From an uncultured Candidatus Saccharimonas sp. (lineage in GTDB: Bacteria; Patescibacteriota; Saccharimonadia; Saccharimonadales; AWTP1-31), in NCBI GenBank assembly GCA_943354005.1, contig CALRBE010000001.1, forward strand, positions 147 through 64,146: a stretch of DNA of 64,000 bases, written 5' to 3'. Position 1 is the first letter of the stretch; each line of letters opens with the position of its first letter. Shown piece by piece: positions 54,338-62,788 of the stretch. Both the position numbers and the translations under genes were made by a program. The notes beneath the pieces are model-generated. The model did no database searches. It was not told the origin of the DNA and was given only the letters and a program-made list of their open reading frames with translations.

Positions 54338-54853
54338 CTAGCTGATTTTGCCGGGTAAATGCTCCACAATTAGCGGTATGCCGATAATAGGAACGGCTAC
54401 ATATGGATAGACCGCGGAAACGAATCCATTGTATTTTTCGCCAATATCATAAGGCAATTCTTCTGGTTCAACTGTGTAAAAGAGTGCAGATAGAACTGGC
54501 ACCTCTTGGGTAGAAATATCGGGTAAAAGAAACGCTTCTTTTGGAGCAAACAACATAGTTACTTGCGCGAATAATCCAATAAAGCTTGCTGCGTAGCCGT
54601 CAACAGTTTCACCAGATCGCATATCTACAGAATCACAGCCTATGCAGTAAGAGGCATGAATTCCGCACACTTTACTTGATAGCTGTTGCTCGGCAACTAT
54701 CTGTAGTCGATCATATAGTTCATCAAATACGTCAAATTCATCCTCATTGAGATGTAGCGCAACTTCGGCAAGCGAACAGGCCATATCCTCAACTGGCGAC
54801 ATGTCGATTCGCCGTAGGCCTGATTCTTCAAACATAAAAGGATCTTGTTCCAT
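54338..54853 (-). CDS. acidic orphan protein
   Basis: A 171-aa ORF, 49 nt downstream of glyQS and 54 nt upstream of rnhA, on the same strand. I recognise no domain. Confidence 0.5.
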   Translation of the reverse strand: MEQDPFMFEESGLRRIDMSPVEDMACSLAEVALHLNEDEFDVFDELYDRLQIVAEQQLSSKVCGIHASYCIGCDSVDMRSGETVDGYAASFIGLFAQVTMLFAPKEAFLLPDISTQEVPVLSALFYTVEPEELPYDIGEKYNGFVSAVYPYVAVPIIGIPLIVEHLPGKIS

Positions 54854-54902
54854 AGTTACCCTATCCTATCAGCCATGACTGTAATCGTAAATTGGTTACG
54901 AT

Positions 54903-56267
54903 TTACGAGTTATTGATCTTACTCAGTAGATCCGCAATCGGAACACGAATCTGATTCGTAGTATCTCGGTCTCGTACAGTGACTGTATCGTCTTCAAGCG
55001 TCTGAAAATCGATAACAACACACTGCGGAGTACCAATCTCATCTTGGCGACGATAACGTTTACCAATATTTCCATTGTCGTCCCACAAAACAGAACCATA
55101 GTGCTTTTTGGCGGCTACGAAAACTTCGCGAGCTTTTGCAACGAGTTCAGGCTTATTCTTTAGTAATGGTGAAATCGCCATTTTTACTGGAGCTAAATGT
55201 TCAGGAAGCTTAAGGAAAGTACGGTCCTCTCCTTTTTGCTGGTCTACACTATACGCACTATCCATAACTGCCAGCACCAATCTATCTAGACCAAAGGTTG
55301 GTTCAATGACATGTGGGATATAAGGAACTGAGCCATCTTTCGGAATGTAATTGAGATTTTTACCAGATGCTGCTGAGTGAGCCTTTAAATCATAGTCTGT
55401 TCTATAGGCGCAACCACCCAACTCTTTTTGTCCAATTGCGAAATCGAATTCAGTATCTATAGAATGTTTACTGTAATGTGCACGGTCCTCTGCAGGTACC
55501 TCTATCTGATGAATTTTATCTTCTGGCAAGCCAAGGTAGATATAAAATTCCTGCTGTAGTTTTAGCCATATTTCGAATTGTTCTTTCCAGGAGTCTGGGT
55601 GTATGAATACTTCAAGCTCCATTAGTTCCATTTCACGTAAACGAAAAATAAAATCACGTGGAGAAATTTCGTTACGGAAGGACTTACCAACTTGTGCTAA
55701 AGCAAATGGCATATTAGGACTAAAGCTGTCTACGACATTTTTAAAGTTAACGAACATTCCTTGTGCGGTTTCAGGACGTAAGTAGCTAACACTCGTATCG
55801 TCTTCTGAAGCACCAACCTGTGTTTTGAACATCATATTAAACTGTCGAATATCACTTAGTGGATTTCCATCTGGGCTTTTGATGGCGTTCACTTTAAGTG
55901 CTTCATTCATTTGTTCTACACTCATTGCAGCTACATTCTCAATACCGGCGTCTTCTAATAAGTGATCCGCGCGATGACGTTTCTTATTTTTCATGTCTTC
56001 AACAAGAGGATCATTAAAACCATCAACATGGCCACTGGCCTGCCAAACTTTTTGATTCATAAGAATTGCAGCATCAATTCCATATACATCTTCTCGTGAT
56101 TCAACGAAAAATTTCCACCAAGCATCAACTATATTACGTTTAAGCTGAACTCCAAGTGGACCGTAATCCCATGTGCCTGCTAAACCGCCATAGATTTCAC
56201 TACCTTGATAAATAAAGCCTCTGCGTTTTGCAAGACTAACAATGTCTTCTAATTTTGTTTCACTCAT
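54903..56267 (-). CDS. glyQS: glycine--tRNA ligase (dimeric GlyQS type)
   Basis: Motifs RRGFIYQGSEIYGGLAGTWDYGPLG, FRNEISPR and GLDRL are present, with a C-terminal anticodon-binding domain. Confidence 0.93.
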   Translation of the reverse strand: MSETKLEDIVSLAKRRGFIYQGSEIYGGLAGTWDYGPLGVQLKRNIVDAWWKFFVESREDVYGIDAAILMNQKVWQASGHVDGFNDPLVEDMKNKKRHRADHLLEDAGIENVAAMSVEQMNEALKVNAIKSPDGNPLSDIRQFNMMFKTQVGASEDDTSVSYLRPETAQGMFVNFKNVVDSFSPNMPFALAQVGKSFRNEISPRDFIFRLREMELMELEVFIHPDSWKEQFEIWLKLQQEFYIYLGLPEDKIHQIEVPAEDRAHYSKHSIDTEFDFAIGQKELGGCAYRTDYDLKAHSAASGKNLNYIPKDGSVPYIPHVIEPTFGLDRLVLAVMDSAYSVDQQKGEDRTFLKLPEHLAPVKMAISPLLKNKPELVAKAREVFVAAKKHYGSVLWDDNGNIGKRYRRQDEIGTPQCVVIDFQTLEDDTVTVRDRDTTNQIRVPIADLLSKINNS

Positions 56268-56305
56268 ATATGTGACATTATAGCAGATCGCTACTCTGTT
56301 TATTA

Positions 56306-57001
56306 CTACATTACCCTGCTGTGTCTCTCGAGCATAGTACGCGTAAGTTGCACCAGCGGAGTCATTATCTCAGGAGTCACACTTACTTGAGATAATTTTT
56401 TTGCCGTTTCAAAAGTTATTCCTAAACGAAGATATGTAATGTGATGCTGCCCAAAAGGTCCTGAAGATTGCTTTACGAAAGACATATTATCAAAACTAAA
56501 ACCGTAGCGTTCATCGGCACTAAGCTTGTGGTCTTCAGTATCGGTCATTAGATTTGGTGTATGTCCTCCGAGCTTTAAGAGCTGTAGATGAAACCATGTC
56601 TTAATAACGTCTAGGGCAATTGTCTCGTCATTTAAAGCAGCAAGCATGTGCTCAAGCAGTATGAAATACTCTGGTTCTGGAGAGTCTTCAGTGATTTTAT
56701 GAATCATTTTTAAAGCGTCATAGGCGTACATAGTTCTATCTATATTCTTAACAATCGACCCATAATTTTTACGCAGACGAGATGATACTAAGGTGCCAAG
56801 TCCCCCCTTACCCGGAAGATACATTATGTCATTGGTACTAAAAAGTTCGATACCACCTGCCAGCTTGCTTCGTATCTTTCTGACTCCTTTAGCAACAAGT
56901 CGGATTTTTCCATTGTCTTTAGTTAGGACCGTAATAATACGATCTGCTTCCCCATAGTTTGTGCGAGTTAGTACGATACTAACTGCTGAATGTTGTTTCA
57001 T
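56306..57001 (-). CDS. recO: DNA repair protein RecO
   Basis: The OB-fold N-terminus reads VSIVLTRTNYGEADRIITVLTKDNGKIRLVAKGVRK. The start is taken at the ATG that overlaps the upstream stop as ATGA (56998-57001). Confidence 0.85.
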   Translation of the reverse strand: MKQHSAVSIVLTRTNYGEADRIITVLTKDNGKIRLVAKGVRKIRSKLAGGIELFSTNDIMYLPGKGGLGTLVSSRLRKNYGSIVKNIDRTMYAYDALKMIHKITEDSPEPEYFILLEHMLAALNDETIALDVIKTWFHLQLLKLGGHTPNLMTDTEDHKLSADERYGFSFDNMSFVKQSSGPFGQHHITYLRLGITFETAKKLSQVSVTPEIMTPLVQLTRTMLERHSRVM

Positions 57002-57381
57002 GAGTACTGCCGGGACATTATTTGATCGACGCTCTGGCATAGTTCCGATAAGGTTGTTCGCGGTTTAAATAAATACTTGTCAACGTCTAGTTGTGCCATG
57101 GTCTTACTTGTCATCATCTTTTGCTCTGGAACTGAACTGTGAATAATAATCCGAATTTTATTCCAGTCTACGTAGGAACGCATTTCATAGAGCAGTTCAA
57201 TACCATTATGCTGAGCTATCTTAAGCTCAAGAATCATAAGGTCAAATTGCTCAGCATCAAGCAGATTAACTGATTGAGCAACGGTACGTGTGACATTTAC
57301 GATATGCCCATTATGCTGCAATGCTGAACTATATATTTCAGCTAAATATTGGTCAGGCTCGACTAGTAGTATACGGTTCAT
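56998..57381 (-). CDS. stand-alone receiver-like domain lacking the phospho-acceptor Asp
   Basis: It aligns to CheY. DD becomes EP (LLVEPD) and D57 becomes E (DLMILELKIA). The T87 equivalent is S, and K109 is kept (YLFKPR). Confidence 0.75.
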   Translation of the reverse strand: MNRILLVEPDQYLAEIYSSALQHNGHIVNVTRTVAQSVNLLDAEQFDLMILELKIAQHNGIELLYEMRSYVDWNKIRIIIHSSVPEQKMMTSKTMAQLDVDKYLFKPRTTLSELCQSVDQIMSRQYS

Positions 57382-57384
57382 CTT

Positions 57385-58113
57385 TTAGACCAACGTCAAT
57401 TGCTGGCTCGGCATAAATGTCGCAGCAAGCCCTGATAATTTTTTATAATGCGATACGCGTAAACTTGACGACATAGTCTGAAGTAATGAATCGGCTATAA
57501 ATATGCCTGTTCCATTTTCAGATGTCAATTGAGATAAAGGCTGTGCGGCGGTCCCATACAATTTTCTAGACTTAGCAAATGTCGCAGCATCGAGGCCATC
57601 AATACTAGAGAATATTCCGGCTGCTATACCACGAGGAGTCTTCCTGGCAGCAAGCTTAAGTACAGGGCGTTTCGTAATTTCGCGTTCTGCATTTGCCGCC
57701 ATCAAAACCGTACCAATATTCATAAGTGCGGCGTGTAGTCCTGCAGGATGTGCCATTATGGGACCGTATTTCCCCGCAATATGCAGTTCTATATCAAAGG
57801 ACTGTGCTGACTGCAATTTCTGTAGAGAGTGAGCTACATCGTTAAGTGTTGCCGACAGTGATACTGATTGTAATTGAATATCTTCACCAGCCGCCTGAAG
57901 CTTTAGTGAGAGGATATAGCTATCTATTAAGTCTAGTCCCATGTCCGCAATATATTCAATTTCGTTAAGTCGAGTATTGTCTTGCATCATTCTTGCAAGC
58001 TCAGCAGTTCTAGATGCTTTAATTAGGGGCGTTTTCATCTGTTCAGCAAGCGCAATAAATAGACGTAACTTATCGTCTTCAATCTGTTGGTTATGGTAAG
58101 TTTGTGCAGTCAA
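57385..58113 (-). CDS. cytoplasmic histidine-kinase-like protein lacking the phospho-His
   Basis: The H-box-like FIALAEQMKTPL has Glu where SHELRTPL has His. It also has N-box-like ALMNIG...ANA and G2-like ENGTGIFIADSL. There is no TM helix. Confidence 0.5.
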   Translation of the reverse strand: MTAQTYHNQQIEDDKLRLFIALAEQMKTPLIKASRTAELARMMQDNTRLNEIEYIADMGLDLIDSYILSLKLQAAGEDIQLQSVSLSATLNDVAHSLQKLQSAQSFDIELHIAGKYGPIMAHPAGLHAALMNIGTVLMAANAEREITKRPVLKLAARKTPRGIAAGIFSSIDGLDAATFAKSRKLYGTAAQPLSQLTSENGTGIFIADSLLQTMSSSLRVSHYKKLSGLAATFMPSQQLTLV

Positions 58114-58170
58114 AAAAGTATCTACCCCCGTAATTACTTATGGGGGTAGTATAACTCACTTAACCTCTAT

Positions 58171-58833
58171 TTATGGAACAAAAACCAGATTCGGTAGGAT
58201 AATCGTGTTAAAGTCGGGTACAAATTGTGGTGATTCAGTCCATACCTGTAGTGTCTTGTCTCGTAATGGAACGATTATCATTGATCCCTGCTTGTCTCTA
58301 GATATCTCACCATCTAATCGGACCCCGATGACATTAGGTACTTTATCTGACTTGTAAGGTGTCACTTTAATCTTGCCCGCTTTAACTTGCGAATCAAAAG
58401 TCTTAACAATATTCGAATAATTTGAGCTAGACACTGTGAAGCGTAATGCCACTGGAAGATTAGATTGTAGTCCAGGTACAAAACTAGGATTTAATGATCC
58501 AGAAAGTGGTAGGTTGCTTTTAGCAGTCTCATCTACATATGCACTCCATGTTTTTGGATAACTAACTGAAAGGCTACCGTAGGTTGCAGGGCCCGTATAA
58601 GTGCGCAAAGGATTTTTGTCTTTTTCAGCAAATTCAGCTTCTTTTTTTAATGAGTTAGCTGTTTCGGCATCTGCAACAGCAATCGCCACCTTCTCGTCAA
58701 CTTTATTTTTGTATTCCTGTCTTCCAGAAAAAGCCCAAAGTCCAAAACCTAGTGCTATCAACGTAATCAATAGCGTAACAATAAAGGCTATTAGCCATGA
58801 GTTAATTGCACCTCTTTGATCAAGTCGTTTCAT
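58171..58833 (-). CDS. hypothetical N-terminally anchored protein
   Basis: A 220-aa ORF with one TM helix (WLIAFIVTLLITLIALGFGLWAF). I recognise no domain. Confidence 0.55.
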   Translation of the reverse strand: MKRLDQRGAINSWLIAFIVTLLITLIALGFGLWAFSGRQEYKNKVDEKVAIAVADAETANSLKKEAEFAEKDKNPLRTYTGPATYGSLSVSYPKTWSAYVDETAKSNLPLSGSLNPSFVPGLQSNLPVALRFTVSSSNYSNIVKTFDSQVKAGKIKVTPYKSDKVPNVIGVRLDGEISRDKQGSMIIVPLRDKTLQVWTESPQFVPDFNTIILPNLVFVP

Positions 58834-58884
58834 TGTACTTATGGTAACATAGCGATTACAACACTTCCAGTGCTAATGCATATA

Positions 58885-59076
58885 TTAGGCTTGCAGTTTT
58901 TTAATCGAATTCTCGGCTTTCTTAAGATACTCTTCAAGCTCTTTGGTCAATTTAAGTGCGTGTTCGTATTGGGTAATTGCCTTATCGACGTCAAGGTCAT
59001 CACCTTCAAACCAAAGCAAAGCTTCATCGAGCTCGGCCTTAAGTGTTTTGTAGTTTTTTGCTTCTTTCATAGTCAT
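58885..59076 (-). CDS. xseB: exodeoxyribonuclease VII small subunit
   Basis: A 63-aa helical protein with LKAELDEALLWFEGDDLDVDKAITQYEHALKL, located directly downstream of xseA. Confidence 0.85.
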   Translation of the reverse strand: MTMKEAKNYKTLKAELDEALLWFEGDDLDVDKAITQYEHALKLTKELEEYLKKAENSIKKLQA

Positions 59077-59093
59077 GAGTATATCCTACCTTT

Positions 59094-60209
59094 CTATTTT
59101 TTTACCTTTTCAACAACTGCTTCAATAGTGCCATCACTTAAACGTAGTGCGATGCGATCTTGAGGGGCAACCATTTCAATAGAGTTAATGGTGCGTTTGT
59201 TAGCATCCTGGATACGAGCGTAGCCTTTACGTAAGATAATCCTAGGATCATTGCCACGCAATCGTAGGATTTCTTGCTGTAGTCGATTTTTTTCCTGATC
59301 AATAACATCAAGCGCGCTACTAAGGCCCTGAGAAATTTGAAGCTCAATATCTTTTGAAAGTGCTTGCAACGTATAGTTTATAGTCTGCAGACAGCCTTTT
59401 AGGCGTGTTTTGTTTTGTGCAATCATAGCTTCCCTATCCGGAACCAATAGCTCGGCAGCGTTACTTGGAGTACTTGCTCGCTTGTCAGCTGCTCTTTCAG
59501 CTAGACTTACGTCAATCTCGTGCCCAATCGCGACCAATGTTGGGATACGGCTAGCCGCTATAGCTCGTACTACTGATTCAACGTTGAATGCCTGTAAATC
59601 ATCAGCGCTTCCCCCGCCACGTGTAATTATGATAGCTTCAATGCCCTCGCCTCGTGCGTTTAAAAGATCTAGGGCTTGTACTATCTGAGCAGGTGCGGCA
59701 CTTCCCTGCACTTGTGAATCAACATGAATAATTTCGAGTCCACCCCATCGGCTTGTAATAATCTTCATGAAATCAACGTATGCAGCAGACTCACCAGAAG
59801 CAATAAGCCCAATACGGGATGGAGGATATGGGATAGGCCTTTTTCGTTCTTCTGCGAAAAGACCTTCCTTGATTAGCTTAGCCTCAAGTAGAGCTGCAGC
59901 TTTCTTAATCGAGCCTTCGCCTACTGGAGTAATCGTTTGGGCAGTAATAGAAAAACCAAATGTCTGATGAAGACGAGGGATACCTTCTATTTGTAGCATC
60001 ATGCCGTCTTCAAGAGGGCCAGGCAGCATGTATACAGTGCCAAAAAAACGGACACTTGCCTGATCATCTTTAAGATCAAAATAGACCCACTTCCCTTTAC
60101 TAACCCGGAAGTTTGCAAGCTCTCCAGTTATAGTAACTGTTGGGTATGCGTAGGCTATAGTCTGGTTAAAGACAGCTACAAAATCGCTTACAGAAAAAGT
60201 GGGGTTCAT
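59094..60209 (-). CDS. xseA: exodeoxyribonuclease VII large subunit
   Basis: The OB-fold N-terminus reads VTITGELANFRVSKGKWVYFDLKD. The catalytic core includes IIITRGGGSADDLQAFN, and there is a coiled-coil C-terminus. Confidence 0.92.
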   Translation of the reverse strand: MNPTFSVSDFVAVFNQTIAYAYPTVTITGELANFRVSKGKWVYFDLKDDQASVRFFGTVYMLPGPLEDGMMLQIEGIPRLHQTFGFSITAQTITPVGEGSIKKAAALLEAKLIKEGLFAEERKRPIPYPPSRIGLIASGESAAYVDFMKIITSRWGGLEIIHVDSQVQGSAAPAQIVQALDLLNARGEGIEAIIITRGGGSADDLQAFNVESVVRAIAASRIPTLVAIGHEIDVSLAERAADKRASTPSNAAELLVPDREAMIAQNKTRLKGCLQTINYTLQALSKDIELQISQGLSSALDVIDQEKNRLQQEILRLRGNDPRIILRKGYARIQDANKRTINSIEMVAPQDRIALRLSDGTIEAVVEKVKK

Positions 60210-61237
60210 AATTTGTGTGATCGAAGATTCTTATTGTAGAAATAATAACCTGGTGGGAGCTGAATTCCGACGGAAAGAACACGGTACATGACAGTAACTG
60301 GAATACTAACTCCAGGACTAACTCCTGCAGCTGCAAGTACAGCCGTCATAAGAGCCTCGTATATTCCAATGCCACCAGGAAGGATTGAGAAGAAGCCGGC
60401 AAACGTAGCGACTGCATAGGCTAAGATTACTGCACCTGGATTCACCCATTGGCCAAAAGCTATATATACGACATATATGGTACCTATTTCAGCAGAACTT
60501 GCTAGTAATGACCAACCGAGCGGCTTAAGCAACACACTATAATCTTTCTTAATAACTAGAAAATCGTTATGTAACTCATCAAAAAGGTTGCGCACTTTAT
60601 TGGTATTAATGACCTCTGGACTCTTTGGTCGAAAGAAATGTACTATTCGATTCAAGAGTCGTGACAAAGTGACAAAGAAAATATTAATTCTTTTCTTGCT
60701 TCCGACTATAAATGCCGCGCCAACCGTAGCTACGACTACTAGAGTTGCTAGAGAACCTCCGACTAGAAGAACAAAGTTGTTGGCTCTTCCGTCAAGTGCC
60801 AGAAAAATCATTCCCACTACAAGTAATACTTGGAAAGAAATGAAAACAAGAATGTAACGTAGCAGATATACAAGTGAGGACTTTGACGCACTAACGTCTG
60901 CATCCTTCATGCGAATATTAAAGTAGGATAGTCCTGTAACTCCCCCGCTTGGAAATACCTGGTTTACGAAATTCATTTCTAGCATTAAGCGGAACATTGA
61001 TGAGTATCGAAGTCGCTCACCAAGAATTCGAAAGAGAGAACGTGCTTGATTAGTGTAGCCGTGGTAATTGAATAACTGCATTGGGATCATAAGGAACAAG
61101 GCGTAGGCATTAACTTTACCTAGATTTTCGATAGTATCTGCAATTTGCGTACGTAGTGCATACACAGCAATAGCCATGGCAGCTATTGTGCCTACGTTCA
61201 ATATAATTTTCCATCGTGCTCGTGCTTTATGACTCAT
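60206..61237 (-). CDS. lysylphosphatidylglycerol-synthase-TM-region / flippase-like (UPF0104) membrane protein
   Basis: It has about 8 TM helices. The N-terminal pattern and overall topology fit that family, and it overlaps xseA by 4 nt. Confidence 0.7.
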   Translation of the reverse strand: MSHKARARWKIILNVGTIAAMAIAVYALRTQIADTIENLGKVNAYALFLMIPMQLFNYHGYTNQARSLFRILGERLRYSSMFRLMLEMNFVNQVFPSGGVTGLSYFNIRMKDADVSASKSSLVYLLRYILVFISFQVLLVVGMIFLALDGRANNFVLLVGGSLATLVVVATVGAAFIVGSKKRINIFFVTLSRLLNRIVHFFRPKSPEVINTNKVRNLFDELHNDFLVIKKDYSVLLKPLGWSLLASSAEIGTIYVVYIAFGQWVNPGAVILAYAVATFAGFFSILPGGIGIYEALMTAVLAAAGVSPGVSIPVTVMYRVLSVGIQLPPGYYFYNKNLRSHKL

Positions 61238-61331
61238 AGTTGATTAGTCTAGTATATACTACTTTGCAAACAATATTATTACCCGTTGCCACCCTAGGCG
61301 AGTGGATTCATCTCTAGTATAATAAGGGGTA

Positions 61332-62507
61332 ATGCAATCTTCCCTTTTTATCCTTGGTAGACAACCGGCTCTTGGTTTAGCAGAACTAGAGAGTTTATTT
61401 GGCGCGGACAATATTACTCCAGTGGGAGATATTGCGGCTTTAGTTTCAGCCGATCCCGACACCGTGCCCTTTGATCGATTAGGCGGTAGTATAAAACTGG
61501 CCGCTGTTCTAACTTCAAGAAATACCACAAACTGGAATGATCTAGCTGAATACATCGAAAAGACTCTTCCCCAAAAATTAAATGATCTTCCTGAGGGAAA
61601 AATCAAGCTTGGAGTAAGTCTTTATGGTATTCGCACCAATATACAGCAGCTAAATAAAAGTACTTTGCAGATTAAAAAGGCTTTAAAAGCCTCTGGTAGA
61701 TCAGTGCGCGTTGTGCCGAATAATGAACTCGCTTTAAATAGCGCACAAGTGATTCATAATCAGCTTCTCTCACCTGTTGGCCTTGAGTTACTATTTATAG
61801 CCAATGGTGCACAGACTATAATTGCACAGACCGTTCGAGAACAAGATATAGAGGCATATGCCGCACGAGACCAAAAGAGACCGAAGCGAGATGCACGTGT
61901 TGGTATGCTACCTCCTAAGCTCGCACAGATTATAATCAATTTAGCTGTCGGTTTAGCGGCCCCTGGAACAATTCTTCTAGATCCCTTTTGCGGAACTGGA
62001 GTAATCCTACAAGAAGCAGGACTAATGGGCTACGTACCCTACGGCTCAGATTTAGAAAGTCGTATGGTTGACTACACTAAAGAAAATATTGAGTGGATAG
62101 AAAAAGTTTCAGGCCAGAACTTCGGTGCACGTTTCGAAACAGGAGATGCAACTGAGCTTAAGTGGGAACCAAAACCCTCTGCAATCGCCGGAGAGACATA
62201 TTTAGGTCGACCTTTTTCAAGCCTTCCAGACCGAGAAACTTTGAGCGGAGTCATGCAAGATGTAAACCTTATCCATAAAAGATTCTTACAAAATGTTGCA
62301 CGACAAACGCAGCCAGGATTTAATCTTTGTATAGCTATACCCGCTTGGAAAACGCCAGAAGGCTTTAAACACCTAAAACTCCTTGATTCTCTCGAGGAAT
62401 TGGGTTATACTAGACGAAGTTTTGTTTACGCAAACACTGAAGACCTACTCTACTATAGAGAGGGACAAATTGTTGCTCGTGAACTGGTAGTACTAATAAG
62501 GAAGTAA
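61332..62507 (+). CDS. putative SAM-dependent RNA methyltransferase (UPF0020/Trm11-like)
   Basis: Motif I is DPFCGTGVILQEAGLMG, followed by an acidic GSDLE. The N-terminal domain is of unknown type. Confidence 0.55.
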   Translation: MQSSLFILGRQPALGLAELESLFGADNITPVGDIAALVSADPDTVPFDRLGGSIKLAAVLTSRNTTNWNDLAEYIEKTLPQKLNDLPEGKIKLGVSLYGIRTNIQQLNKSTLQIKKALKASGRSVRVVPNNELALNSAQVIHNQLLSPVGLELLFIANGAQTIIAQTVREQDIEAYAARDQKRPKRDARVGMLPPKLAQIIINLAVGLAAPGTILLDPFCGTGVILQEAGLMGYVPYGSDLESRMVDYTKENIEWIEKVSGQNFGARFETGDATELKWEPKPSAIAGETYLGRPFSSLPDRETLSGVMQDVNLIHKRFLQNVARQTQPGFNLCIAIPAWKTPEGFKHLKLLDSLEELGYTRRSFVYANTEDLLYYREGQIVARELVVLIRK

Positions 62508-62508
62508 T

Positions 62509-62781
62509 ATGTCACACGTTAAAGCTGGTGGAACTAGTAAAAATAACAGAGATAGCCAAGGTCAAAGACTTGGTGTTAAGTTATTTGGTGGTCAAAAAGT
62601 AAATGTTGGACAAGTAATTGTACGACAAGTTGGATTAAACAAGCGTGCTGGTGAAGGCACTATGCTTAGTCGTAACTTTACTATCCACGCTACTAAAGAC
62701 GGAATCGTTACTTTCAAATCTCGAAAAGTACGTCTCTTTAGCGGTAGATCAGTTCGTCGAACTGAAGTTACTGTTCAATAA
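62509..62781 (+). CDS. rpmA: 50S ribosomal protein L27
   Basis: The sequence begins MSHVKAGGTSKNNRDSQGQRLGVKLFGGQKVNVGQVIVRQVG. Confidence 0.95.
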   Translation: MSHVKAGGTSKNNRDSQGQRLGVKLFGGQKVNVGQVIVRQVGLNKRAGEGTMLSRNFTIHATKDGIVTFKSRKVRLFSGRSVRRTEVTVQ

Positions 62782-62788
62782 GCCAGTA

